Of a DNA stretch of 64,000 nucleotides, positions 40,342 to 49,431 are shown piece after piece. The stretch is taken from the IMG/VR virus record IMGVR_UViG_3300017917_000405, positions 1 to 64,000 of that record, one strand, 5' to 3'. The notes beneath the pieces were generated by a model that had not been told where the DNA came from, made no database searches, and saw only the letters and a list, made by a program, of their open reading frames with translations. Origin of the DNA: a virus. The translations under genes and the position numbers were made by a program. Numbering within the stretch: position 1 is the first letter of the stretch; every line of letters begins with the position of its first letter.

Positions 40342-40706
40342 TACTCACCACCCACAATTTCATAACCAAGTCCAAGTTGAGCCATTTCAATAGACTCTGA
40401 GGATACGTTTTTACCACTTGCGCGTGCGGCAACACGAGCATAAATATCATTTAGTGTGGCTGGCGCTTGGTCATTTTCTTCTGGTGCGTTATCAAGGTCT
40501 ACGCCTTGCATGGCAGCAGAAAATCTATTATGTCGCTCTTCGCGCTTATAAATTGCATTGAGGGTGGTCGTTAATTCTTGCATTGATAGACTTGATTCAA
40601 GTTCTTCGTAGTCTCTCCAATGACCCAGAAGAAAAACTTCTGCTTCGTATGCGGCTAGGTCTAGATCTGACCAACTAGTTCCGTCACCGCCGCTTGAAGA
40701 TTTGGG
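40341..40706 (-). CDS. Tail assembly chaperone, -1 frameshift extension
   Basis: The -1 frame is open from the CCCAAAT heptamer: PKSSSGGDGTSWSDLDLAAYEAEVFLLGHWRDYEELESSLSMQEL... Confidence 0.75.
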   Translation of the reverse strand, partial: PKSSSGGDGTSWSDLDLAAYEAEVFLLGHWRDYEELESSLSMQELTTTLNAIYKREERHNRFSAAMQGVDLDNAPEENDQAPATLNDIYARVAARASGKNVSSESIEMAQLGLGYEIVGGE

Positions 40707-40996
40707 TCATTCAACTTGATATCAGCAGCCACCTCCAGTACTTTATACATTGTTTGAAGATCAATAGCGTCTTCAAAAACATCTTTATTTTCTGCTAAGT
40801 CTGGGGCAAATTGACGGAATGCAATTCTCGCACACTCAGATACTACGTCAAGGAATGCGATTTCATTCTCTGCTTCCTGGGCCTTTTCCCAGACCTTCAT
40901 CAGTTCACGCAAGTTCTTAATGCTGAGTGGCTTAATTGTAATGTTTCTGCCATCTAGTAATTCGATTTCGATTGTTTCATAAATTTTTGTTGCCAA
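40661..40996 (-). CDS. Tail assembly chaperone
   Basis: Lies between tail tube and TMP; TTG start with AGGAGG. Confidence 0.85.
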   Translation of the reverse strand: MATKIYETIEIELLDGRNITIKPLSIKNLRELMKVWEKAQEAENEIAFLDVVSECARIAFRQFAPDLAENKDVFEDAIDLQTMYKVLEVAADIKLNDPNLQAAVTELVGQI

Positions 40997-41042
40997 GATT
41001 ATCCTCCTAGTGTCTGTAATAATTATATACTAATAACATGCA

Positions 41043-41071
41043 TAATGGCAGGGCTAAAAGCCCTGCCATTA
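41043..41071 (-). terminator. Intrinsic terminator after major tail gene
   Basis: TAATGGCAGGGCT / AGCCCTGCCATTA 13-bp inverted repeat. Confidence 0.85.
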
Positions 41072-41091
41072 CACAAAACAATATTTAATTA

Positions 41092-41778
41092 TTAAGCATA
41101 AACTCTGTCGATGATCTTTCCATATGTTGCTGAAACGCCATCGGCTGCTACCTTTGTGCTGTCTGGAAGTAGACGGAAGTTAACTGGGAATACAGTTGCC
41201 TCATTTCTACGAATACCAACTTCAACGGTTTCCATAGAAAGAGCACGGTATCCAATGTAAACTCTTTCTGCCTTTGTCTTACCAGATACAACTGTCTTAA
41301 GGCTATCTGGGGCTGGACCAACGATTGCAATGGAACGCTCAATTGGTGAGTAACCAAGTGAACCACCGTTAACAATCATTTCCTGGCTGTTTGTACCAGA
41401 TGCTACTGCGCTACCCAAGTCCTCATCTACACCACCAAGGGTAATGAGAAGGTTCTCTAGGGTTGCCTCTGTGAGAGTTGTTGCTACCATAACTTGCTGA
41501 CCCTGCTTGAAGATCTTAGCAACGTCAAGCAACTGGTCTACCTGTACTTCACCATAGTCTGGGGTAAAGGTAATTGATGCACCATCGCTGGTGTATCCAA
41601 CGTTTCTCCACTTTGTATCGTCAACGTTGTCTGGGTCTTGGAATGTACCAGAAGCATCGAATGTTGTTGGTGACTTTGGAAGATCTGTTTCATCATATAC
41701 TGATGTCTGTGATGTACCAATGTAAAGTACACCAGCACCTACAACGATGTTCTTAGCGTTATTCTGAACTGCTGCCAT
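41092..41778 (-). CDS. Major tail (tube) protein
   Basis: NIVVGAG.LY...VGYTSDG...VDQ...TL.EATLENL; strong AAGGAGGT RBS; terminator downstream. Confidence 0.88.
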   Translation of the reverse strand: MAAVQNNAKNIVVGAGVLYIGTSQTSVYDETDLPKSPTTFDASGTFQDPDNVDDTKWRNVGYTSDGASITFTPDYGEVQVDQLLDVAKIFKQGQQVMVATTLTEATLENLLITLGGVDEDLGSAVASGTNSQEMIVNGGSLGYSPIERSIAIVGPAPDSLKTVVSGKTKAERVYIGYRALSMETVEVGIRRNEATVFPVNFRLLPDSTKVAADGVSATYGKIIDRVYA

Positions 41779-41848
41779 GTTTTATTTTGCACCTCCTTTT
41801 TCTTTTAAAATAGGGTGCTTCCTCATGATAATTTTATCATGCAGATGC

Positions 41849-42439
41849 TTATGATTTAGCGTATTCATACATCAGAACGATAGATGATGAGTTTCTAGTG
41901 TAATCATAGCCTTCATTATCGCTGATATATGATCCTTGAACACATTTTATGCTTTTAAATGAGATACCTACAAGTTCATCTACGCCACCAGTATTTATAC
42001 CGTTAGCAATCCACTCGTTTACACGCTCTGCGGTAGTATCAAATCTATTGAGCAAATCAAAAACAAAGTTCTTGATTTCATTAATTCGATATGTCTCTCC
42101 AATAATCTCAAGTTTGCCCTGCTCTTTTGTAATAGGCCAAAACGTTCCAGATGTTTGCGAGAATATATAATCATATACTACATATGCTGGACCTGTTGGA
42201 TTAGTTGTTGGGCTATACCAACCAGTAGAATCTGTCTGCACCTTAGCAAAGAATGGACAGTCGTCAAAAGTTGGAGATGCTATTCCCCAAAGAGTTGCCT
42301 TGTCTTGTCTTAATGCCTCTGCCCACACATACTGAGAAATAATATAAATTGGAATATATTCTAAATCCCATATTCTAGAAGATGTTTCTCCACGAATAAC
42401 ACCGTCATATCTTGTGTCTATCCAATTGTTATAACTCAT
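41849..42439 (-). CDS. Tail terminator/completion-like protein
   Basis: Position immediately upstream of the tail tube gene. Confidence 0.55.
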   Translation of the reverse strand: MSYNNWIDTRYDGVIRGETSSRIWDLEYIPIYIISQYVWAEALRQDKATLWGIASPTFDDCPFFAKVQTDSTGWYSPTTNPTGPAYVVYDYIFSQTSGTFWPITKEQGKLEIIGETYRINEIKNFVFDLLNRFDTTAERVNEWIANGINTGGVDELVGISFKSIKCVQGSYISDNEGYDYTRNSSSIVLMYEYAKS

Positions 42440-43173
42440 ACGTCAATCCTTTCTACTGACTTTACAATATCTTCTGCTGCTCTTGAAGCATCTCCTAGAA
42501 CACCTGAAATATTTTTCTTTGTTACTCGTGGAACGATAACTCTTGATTTTCTTTCCATTCCTTTAGTAATCTTATCAAAGAATCCTAAAGTAGTTAGAGA
42601 TTTTGTAAAGTGATACTGCATAAAGTTTGATGTCTCATTTTCAAATGATCCTGCAACGTAGTCGCCACCAGGGTTTGGAACGAAACTTGGCTTGCTAGTA
42701 AAGACAGTATTTCCTTTATATTGATATTTTAGTTTTTGTACATTTTTTGGATAAATAGTTACAGGCTCTCCAATTTCCATTACGAAAGCCTTATTGTAAA
42801 ACATATATCCATCTCTATTTGGCTCTGTAGATTGTAAAAGATTAAAATTAATGGTTACTGGATCTGTGTCAGACAGGCTGTATTCAAAGAGTCTTGCATT
42901 TGGATCTCCAGTTTTATCCCATTCATAAATATGATGAAAACTTTTGTGATCTGATCTCGCCTTAGCGTCTAGCATTTTAAAATAGTATTCTGTAGCGCCT
43001 CGCGCACCTGACCTTAAAATTCTTCTTCTTAAGTTTCCCTGTGTAAGTTGATTTACCATTTCGGCGTCAAATGCCACAACGTTTCTAATTTTATTTACTA
43101 GACCACCAGTATTAAAGGATAACAGTTGTGTTTTGCCGTTTATTCTAGTTATTGGGGAGGTATTTAGTCTCAT
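42436..43173 (-). CDS. Neck/tail completion protein
   Basis: Head-tail block; HHIYEW...ARLF motif. Confidence 0.55.
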   Translation of the reverse strand: MRLNTSPITRINGKTQLLSFNTGGLVNKIRNVVAFDAEMVNQLTQGNLRRRILRSGARGATEYYFKMLDAKARSDHKSFHHIYEWDKTGDPNARLFEYSLSDTDPVTINFNLLQSTEPNRDGYMFYNKAFVMEIGEPVTIYPKNVQKLKYQYKGNTVFTSKPSFVPNPGGDYVAGSFENETSNFMQYHFTKSLTTLGFFDKITKGMERKSRVIVPRVTKKNISGVLGDASRAAEDIVKSVERIDV

Positions 43174-43622
43174 ACCTCTTCATCCAATACAAGAGATTGA
43201 ATATCTTGTCTTTTAAGTATTGTTTCGTATCCAAGAACAGTTCCATCAAAGTCTACTAGTGGTGTAGATCCATTGACCTCAAAAATGGTTGCTCCAGCAA
43301 TCCCAGCAGAAGTATTTTCTTCTTTCCATACAAGTATGCTGCTTGAGTTTCTAATATTTGATACGCGATATGTTGATGGAATTGGATCTGATGACCTTAG
43401 TTTAACTTCTTCTTTAGTAAGAATAATTGATTGATTTGATGATACTTCTGTTGAGTTTGTCCCACTAGACTTTGTTACATATCCTTTTGCAAGACAGTCG
43501 ATAGTATCTACCACAGACCACTTCTTCTCTATCTCACCATTTTTCATATTATTTACAGTAGAAGTAACATCGTATAAATCTGCTTTCATTGAATACATCG
43601 AAGATGTTGTACATCTAAACAT
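43170..43622 (-). CDS. Head-to-tail stopper-like protein
   Basis: Beta-rich 150 aa in the head-tail block. Confidence 0.55.
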   Translation of the reverse strand: MFRCTTSSMYSMKADLYDVTSTVNNMKNGEIEKKWSVVDTIDCLAKGYVTKSSGTNSTEVSSNQSIILTKEEVKLRSSDPIPSTYRVSNIRNSSSILVWKEENTSAGIAGATIFEVNGSTPLVDFDGTVLGYETILKRQDIQSLVLDEEV

Positions 43623-44515
43623 TAGATTGCCCTAAAGTTAAACTTCTTATATTGAGCAAGCAATGAATCAACGAAGATGTTTCCACTACCAAGACTAATT
43701 GAGTCTGCAAACGATAGGCTGAATGCATCATTTGAAATAGACTTAATACCCTTTGAGCGATACCCAAAGTCTTGACAAAGAAATTGTTCTACTAGAAGTA
43801 CGGTTGCAAGATATACGTTATGCGGAACAAATTTTTCTCCAAATTCTCCATAAAACATATATCTTGAACCCTTTTTAAATATTGGAGATGATCCAATTAC
43901 CGTAGTCTCTGCCCATTCTAGAATATCTTCACCTTCATTAGCAAAGCGCAATTGATATCCACTTGGAGAGATTGCTAAAACCCTGTCCCAATAGTTTAGA
44001 GTTGGATCTGCGGTAGTGTCATATAGAAGTTCATCGTTCTGATAAATTTTTGATACTGATACTACTTTATCGTTTAGATTAATTGCATCAGATCCTTGAC
44101 CAAATGACTCAGACTTTGTATTCTTAAAAGCAAATGATGCAATATTACTGTCTATCCATGATCTTGCCATTCTTTCTAAATCTATAATTTTTGCATCTGG
44201 GTATTCAGTTGAGTCTAGTGATAGTTCTGATCTGATCTGAGAAGCAGTTGCGTATGGCCTTACAATGGCAATCTCATAGTTTGTAGATGCTCCTCCATTA
44301 TAAGAAACAGAAAGAATTGCATGTCTGTCATATGCCGCCTGAGCCTTTGTAAGAACAATATTAAACGTTGTTCCAGATACTAGCGTTCCGTTTCCACTAG
44401 CAAATTGAGATCCTGTGTCAATATCCGTGAGAGTATACGCAAGCGTTGTTGTTCCAGATGGAGCAATTATGGATATTGTTAGTGTAGAGTCATACTCTCT
44501 TAGATATTCTTTCAT
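43622..44515 (-). CDS. Head-to-tail adaptor
   Basis: PYAT...VPHNVYLA...L.E...VDSLLAQY pattern. Confidence 0.65.
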   Translation of the reverse strand: MKEYLREYDSTLTISIIAPSGTTTLAYTLTDIDTGSQFASGNGTLVSGTTFNIVLTKAQAAYDRHAILSVSYNGGASTNYEIAIVRPYATASQIRSELSLDSTEYPDAKIIDLERMARSWIDSNIASFAFKNTKSESFGQGSDAINLNDKVVSVSKIYQNDELLYDTTADPTLNYWDRVLAISPSGYQLRFANEGEDILEWAETTVIGSSPIFKKGSRYMFYGEFGEKFVPHNVYLATVLLVEQFLCQDFGYRSKGIKSISNDAFSLSFADSISLGSGNIFVDSLLAQYKKFNFRAI

Positions 44516-44913
44516 TATTCACCGCTATAAAAAGCGGAGACCTCCTTTGGCGTTGCTTCTCTAATACGATGACTAGATCTGCTAAGTATTTCTTCTGCAA
44601 TTTGTCTATCTACTACTTTATATGGCTCATCCTTTGTAAAAAGAATTCCTTTTACTAGGTACGCCGCCTGTGGATATATTGTTGTTAAGATTACCTCTGA
44701 TTTAGTGTGATCTGTTACTTTTATTGAATCTTCTTTCTTTTCAACATTTCCACCGTCAATTGAATTAATACTGTTTAAATAATCTTGTTCTGTAAAATTA
44801 TTATCTTTAAATATTTTTAATATTTCTGCTTTCTTTTTAGCGTCACCAATATCAATTCCGCTAATTCTAGCAATCTTCTTTAGTTCTGCAACTGTTTTAT
44901 CTGAAAAAGACAT
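44515..44913 (-). CDS. Rho-N/HeH-domain protein
   Basis: KTVAELKKIA...GI......KKAEIL. Confidence 0.65.
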   Translation of the reverse strand: MSFSDKTVAELKKIARISGIDIGDAKKKAEILKIFKDNNFTEQDYLNSINSIDGGNVEKKEDSIKVTDHTKSEVILTTIYPQAAYLVKGILFTKDEPYKVVDRQIAEEILSRSSHRIREATPKEVSAFYSGE

Positions 44914-44953
44914 TATTCCTCCTTTTTATATTTTACTATAAAAAAATGATGAA

Positions 44954-44975
44954 GCCCCGCCATTTCTGACGGGGC
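44954..44975 (-). terminator. Intrinsic terminator after major capsid gene
   Basis: Minus strand GCCCCGTCA-GAAA-TGGCGGGGC then TTCATCATTTTTTT. Confidence 0.85.
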
Positions 44976-44995
44976 AACATCTATGTTTAGAACAA

Positions 44996-46027
44996 TTATG
45001 CCTGCTCTGCGTATGCAACTGCTGACTTCTCTTCAACCATAACGCCGAAACGAACGTATACGGTGTACTCAATCGTGTCCTTCTTTGGCTTAAACTCGCG
45101 GTGTACTGTAACATCGCGCTGGAAGCCCCAAACACGGTTGCTTGGAAGAGTGATATCTGCGTAGTTGTCTGGGTAGAGAGGAACCTCAAGAACTGGAATG
45201 CCGAAGACGCGGTATTGTGCGCCTGAAGCACCGCCGAGGCGGGGAACCTGTCCGTCAATTACACGGACTGCTACTTCCTCAGGTACAGAACCCAACTTGC
45301 GTAGGTCTGCAACTAGTTCTGTGATGTGCTTGCTATTGGTGTAGAACTTAAGACCATCACGACGCGCCTTGAACTTACGGGGAAGTGCGTTGTAAAGAGC
45401 CTCAAGTGCGTCTAGGCCAAACTTCTCTGTTGAAGCAGAAGCGTTGTCCCAGATACCAGCCATATCAGCAATCGCTGCTGCTGCCTCATGACCCTCATCT
45501 GAAGTGTCACGAATCTGCTTAACGAAGCCGTTTAGTGTGTTCTGGTAGTAACCTGATGTTGAACCAGATGCACCATTGATAGCAATATCTTCAAGGTCAT
45601 TACCAAACTGAGCAGCCATCAAGCGTACAACGTGATCCTCAAGAGCATCACCCTCAATGTTATCCTCAAGGGACTCTGTTGAGAGTTCGTAGTCTAGACG
45701 GAACTTGGTTGTTGTGATTTCCAACTTGGTGAACTGTGCAGTTGAGTTAGTGCCTGTGTTATCTGCCTGAGTTGCCTTTGCAACTAGACGAGTACCAACT
45801 CTTACCTTATCAATTTCTGCTGTGTTGCCGCGCATGGTAATTCTACGACCATCTTGTGCGAGTACCATCTCATCGAACATGTAGTCGATGAACTGACGGG
45901 ACTGCTCTGGGCTAAGAACACCGCCAGTATCGCCTGCAGGTGCATTGGCTGTTGTCATTGCGCCTGGTGATTCTAGTGGTGAAATAAAAGTACCTGAAGC
46001 GGCAGCCTTATTGATTACATCACTCAT
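44996..46027 (-). CDS. Major capsid protein (HK97 fold)
   Basis: GGVLSPEQSRQFID, LSTESLEDNIEG and FGNDLED; start reassigned to MSDVINK after an AGGTGA RBS. Confidence 0.92.
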   Translation of the reverse strand: MSDVINKAAASGTFISPLESPGAMTTANAPAGDTGGVLSPEQSRQFIDYMFDEMVLAQDGRRITMRGNTAEIDKVRVGTRLVAKATQADNTGTNSTAQFTKLEITTTKFRLDYELSTESLEDNIEGDALEDHVVRLMAAQFGNDLEDIAINGASGSTSGYYQNTLNGFVKQIRDTSDEGHEAAAAIADMAGIWDNASASTEKFGLDALEALYNALPRKFKARRDGLKFYTNSKHITELVADLRKLGSVPEEVAVRVIDGQVPRLGGASGAQYRVFGIPVLEVPLYPDNYADITLPSNRVWGFQRDVTVHREFKPKKDTIEYTVYVRFGVMVEEKSAVAYAEQA

Positions 46028-46055
46028 TATTAACTTTTCACCTACCTTTCTTTTA

Positions 46056-47489
46056 TTAGTTAAATAGTTCGGTGGAACCGAGGAAGCGCCCACCCCACTT
46101 AGACTTTCGAATAGTGGTTTCTTCTGGAGCAGTTGTGAACTCTCCAGACTTCTTTACTGCTGAATCATCCTCAAGTGAGTTAACACGAGAGTTAACTTCA
46201 CCGATAACAGAATTAATATCAGCAAGAGCCTTTGATAGTTCGTCGTACTTGCCTGTAAGAGCCTTTGTAACGTCTGCTACTGCGGAAGCAAGAGTATTAA
46301 TTGCTTCTGCTGTGCGCTCGTTATGCTCTGTAACATTAACGACAAATTCATTGAAAGACTTATTGATTTCGTCAGCCGCCTCACCGTTTTCGGTGGAAGC
46401 GTCTGCGGCCTCACCAGCATCAGCCTTTTCGACTGATTCCTCTTCTGGTGTTGATGTATCGTCAGAAGTCTCAGTCTCGTCGGACTTTTCTACAACTTCT
46501 GCTGTCTCATCGACAATATCATCTGTCTTAGCAACTTCAACATCTTCTACAGTTTCTTCTACTGTTTCGTTTTCAGCCACTTCAACACCTCCTTTTGTAA
46601 TTTGGTCGGCAACTGACTGACTTTCAATTGCCTGTTCTGCTACATCGCTGTGTAGCAAGTCTGATTTTCTAGTGCGCTTTACGCCACTCTTAAACTTTCC
46701 CTGCTCAGGGTACTCATCAATAACGTCTTCACTAGTAATTGTATTTACATTTTCTACTTTTTCGAATGAATCTACTATGATAGAAATTGACTTTGTAAGA
46801 TCATCTGAGTCAAGAACGTCTATCCAGCCAATATTTTCAAGTGACTTCTCGCAAAGAAGGCAGTCTTTTGTTTCTGCAATATCTGTAAATGCCATTTGGT
46901 CTGTCTCGCACCAAAAAACGTTTTGAATGTCTGACTTATTAAAGATACCGTCTGCTATGGCAGTACCAGATTCAGTCTTTTGGATTGAGAAAATATTTGC
47001 TAGTTGATTTGCTGGGCTATCTACTAGAGAAAGTTCTACGAGATCATAATCTTTAATAATTCTAACGTTCTTGTCGATAGACTTATCAAAAACCATTTCT
47101 GAGTCCTTAATGTTTCCTCCAATAGAAAATCCTGTGAGTGTTCCGTCAAGTACCATTTCCCAGACATTATCTGCGCCCTTTGAAATATATGTATCTACAA
47201 ATACTCCAGAATATTGCTTGTTATCTTCTTTATTAAAAAATGATTCCTGTCTAAAGTTAACAACTTTGCCAGCAGGAATTGGCTGATGCATTAGTCTTAC
47301 ATTGCCACGGAAGTTTTCAAAAGCCTTTCTAGAAGCCTCTGATGTTACTGTATCGCCTTGACGATCAATATTGTCTAATGTAGCAAAGCCAGAAACAATT
47401 CTCTTTTCCTTGTCAACCTTTGAGATTGGCATGGTGAGAGTTACATTGTCGCCGTCGCTTGAGAAGTGTGCTTTTTGAAAATCTACCAT
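46056..47489 (-). CDS. Prohead protease fused to scaffold
   Basis: RIVSGFAT..DRQGD, RLMHQ, GFSIGG, ELSLVDSPAN; acidic coiled-coil C-terminal half. Confidence 0.9.
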   Translation of the reverse strand: MVDFQKAHFSSDGDNVTLTMPISKVDKEKRIVSGFATLDNIDRQGDTVTSEASRKAFENFRGNVRLMHQPIPAGKVVNFRQESFFNKEDNKQYSGVFVDTYISKGADNVWEMVLDGTLTGFSIGGNIKDSEMVFDKSIDKNVRIIKDYDLVELSLVDSPANQLANIFSIQKTESGTAIADGIFNKSDIQNVFWCETDQMAFTDIAETKDCLLCEKSLENIGWIDVLDSDDLTKSISIIVDSFEKVENVNTITSEDVIDEYPEQGKFKSGVKRTRKSDLLHSDVAEQAIESQSVADQITKGGVEVAENETVEETVEDVEVAKTDDIVDETAEVVEKSDETETSDDTSTPEEESVEKADAGEAADASTENGEAADEINKSFNEFVVNVTEHNERTAEAINTLASAVADVTKALTGKYDELSKALADINSVIGEVNSRVNSLEDDSAVKKSGEFTTAPEETTIRKSKWGGRFLGSTELFN

Positions 47490-47519
47490 AGCAATATAAT
47501 TATATAACTTTATTCTTTA

Positions 47520-49073
47520 TTACGCTTGCTGTCTACCGTCACCTTGTGTTGCGCGACCAGTTTCATTAACATCTGGAGCATTTGATTGACGCTGTTGGTC
47601 TCTTAAACGATTTCCATTTGCTTGCGTTCTTTGCTCTGCTGCTCCTTGTGCTGTAAGTTGAACTGGTTCATCGCCGCCTGGAATACTAGACATACCCATT
47701 CTTGTTCTTACTTCATTTGGAACAACAACCTTCATTCTTAAGTAAATTTCATCAATCTTACTTTGAGTTGCTTCATCTGTAAGAGTTAATTCATTAAACT
47801 CAAGTCTGAATACGTTTGTTTTTTCTGCAACAATACGATTAATTTTCTTTTCTAATGTATCTTGTGCAGGTCTTGTAACCTGTTCCTTGAATGTTCTGTC
47901 TGCTTCACGAGCAGCGGCTAGACCAACATTTTCTGTCATTCCAACCTTTGACCCTGGAACGCGGTGTGACATAAGAACTTCTCTATCATTTGCCTTTCTA
48001 TAGTTTTCAAATGATGAGTCTTGAACCTTTGTTTCAATTGGCTCCATCTTAACTTCAACTTTATTATTTCCATCATCTGGTGGAAGTGGAACAATAACAG
48101 TTCTATGTGATTGACCACGGAGATTGTTTGAGAAGAATTCAAAAAGTTTTTCTTCTGATTGTGGAGAAATCTTTGCTCCCTTAATCCAAAGAATGTATCT
48201 TGGAACAGCCTTATTCTCAAAGTATTCAAGATTGAACCTTGACGCAAACTCTGTTCCAGCCATTGCATTCTTTGCTGCAACAATTGCTGGTACACCATAA
48301 TATGTGCTTGTTGGGCTATAGGTCTTTAGATGAATAATCTCATTTGGCCTTGGGTCATTTCCTATTGGGTTTCCTGTAGATTCGTCCTGATAGTTTTTGA
48401 AGAATACTGCTTTGCCATTAACAATTTGTACAAAGCCGTCGCGCAAACGTCGCACGCGGATTGTTGCTGCAGGTATATGACCGATATAGCCAATTTCTCC
48501 AGTTGTTTTACGTCCAATTTCAATGTACCCATTTCCAGTTGATTCCTGATCAATTAGTGCCTTTGTTAGAACAGCAACGAATGTCTCTTCATCGTTTCTT
48601 GATTCTAGCCACTCAATTGTCTGATTCTTCATTCTTGCAAGTTTTCTACGAGCGCGAGCAACTTGATCTGGATCTGTCATCTCTTCAAGTGTTTGAATAA
48701 CATCTAGTGTTGGTTTAAGATCGTATCCAAGCCCAACAATATTTGCGACCTTTGCATTAATTGCAGAATAGTTTGGAGATGAAATTTCATAAATCTTTGC
48801 GAGGGCAGCAAGATTATATGGAGGTTCGATAACATCAAAAATTCCATAGCCCATCTTCTCTGGCTGAATTTGTTTTGATGAACTTCCGTCGCCTGACTGC
48901 TCGTTATTATCAGCCTTTTCAAGTTTTCTTTTTGCGGATCGCTTAAAGTTGGTGCTTAGACCAGCAAACTTTAGCAGGTCTTCGCTTTCTAATTTAAAAT
49001 CATCTTTATCTCCAAAGTTAACCCCAGTATTTGAAGTTGCCTTTGATATTTTAACGCCCTCAATTTCTTGCAT
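47520..49073 (-). CDS. Portal protein
   Basis: GNGYIE, EIIHLK, YYGVP, HRVP and PNEVR motifs; upstream of the protease. Confidence 0.92.
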   Translation of the reverse strand: MQEIEGVKISKATSNTGVNFGDKDDFKLESEDLLKFAGLSTNFKRSAKRKLEKADNNEQSGDGSSSKQIQPEKMGYGIFDVIEPPYNLAALAKIYEISSPNYSAINAKVANIVGLGYDLKPTLDVIQTLEEMTDPDQVARARRKLARMKNQTIEWLESRNDEETFVAVLTKALIDQESTGNGYIEIGRKTTGEIGYIGHIPAATIRVRRLRDGFVQIVNGKAVFFKNYQDESTGNPIGNDPRPNEIIHLKTYSPTSTYYGVPAIVAAKNAMAGTEFASRFNLEYFENKAVPRYILWIKGAKISPQSEEKLFEFFSNNLRGQSHRTVIVPLPPDDGNNKVEVKMEPIETKVQDSSFENYRKANDREVLMSHRVPGSKVGMTENVGLAAAREADRTFKEQVTRPAQDTLEKKINRIVAEKTNVFRLEFNELTLTDEATQSKIDEIYLRMKVVVPNEVRTRMGMSSIPGGDEPVQLTAQGAAEQRTQANGNRLRDQQRQSNAPDVNETGRATQGDGRQQA

Positions 49074-49392
49074 TTTTAAAAGTTTCCCTCCATGCGCCAG
49101 TATCACCATATGGCGTAAGACCGCTTAACATTCTTTCTTTTTCAGACTCAAATTCTGATTCTGTTAGTCTTCCAACACCTGGAAGAAACTTTGCGGTTCC
49201 TTCTGGGCATCCCCAATATGCTGCTGCTTCTGCAATAATTTTCATTTTTTGAATATCATAGTTCCTTGATGGAATATTTAGGGTATTTCCATCATCATCC
49301 TGAAATGGATTTCCAGCCTTATCTAGCCAAATATATACACCAAAGTCTTCTGGATTTTCTACAGGAACAATTTTTTGTTGATGCTTTGACAT
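49060..49392 (-). CDS. Hypothetical protein
   Basis: Leaderless-type start; coupled to the portal gene. Confidence 0.7.
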   Translation of the reverse strand: MSKHQQKIVPVENPEDFGVYIWLDKAGNPFQDDDGNTLNIPSRNYDIQKMKIIAEAAAYWGCPEGTAKFLPGVGRLTESEFESEKERMLSGLTPYGDTGAWRETFKNARN

Positions 49393-49431
49393 GACACAAT
49401 AATACCATTTTAGACATTAAAATGTCACTTG

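Noticed and set aside
46072-46620. Plus-strand 182-aa ORF and other antisense ORFs over 1-53 kb
   Set aside because: They shadow well-supported minus-strand genes, lack RBSs and have antisense-type Ser/Thr/Ile-rich composition.
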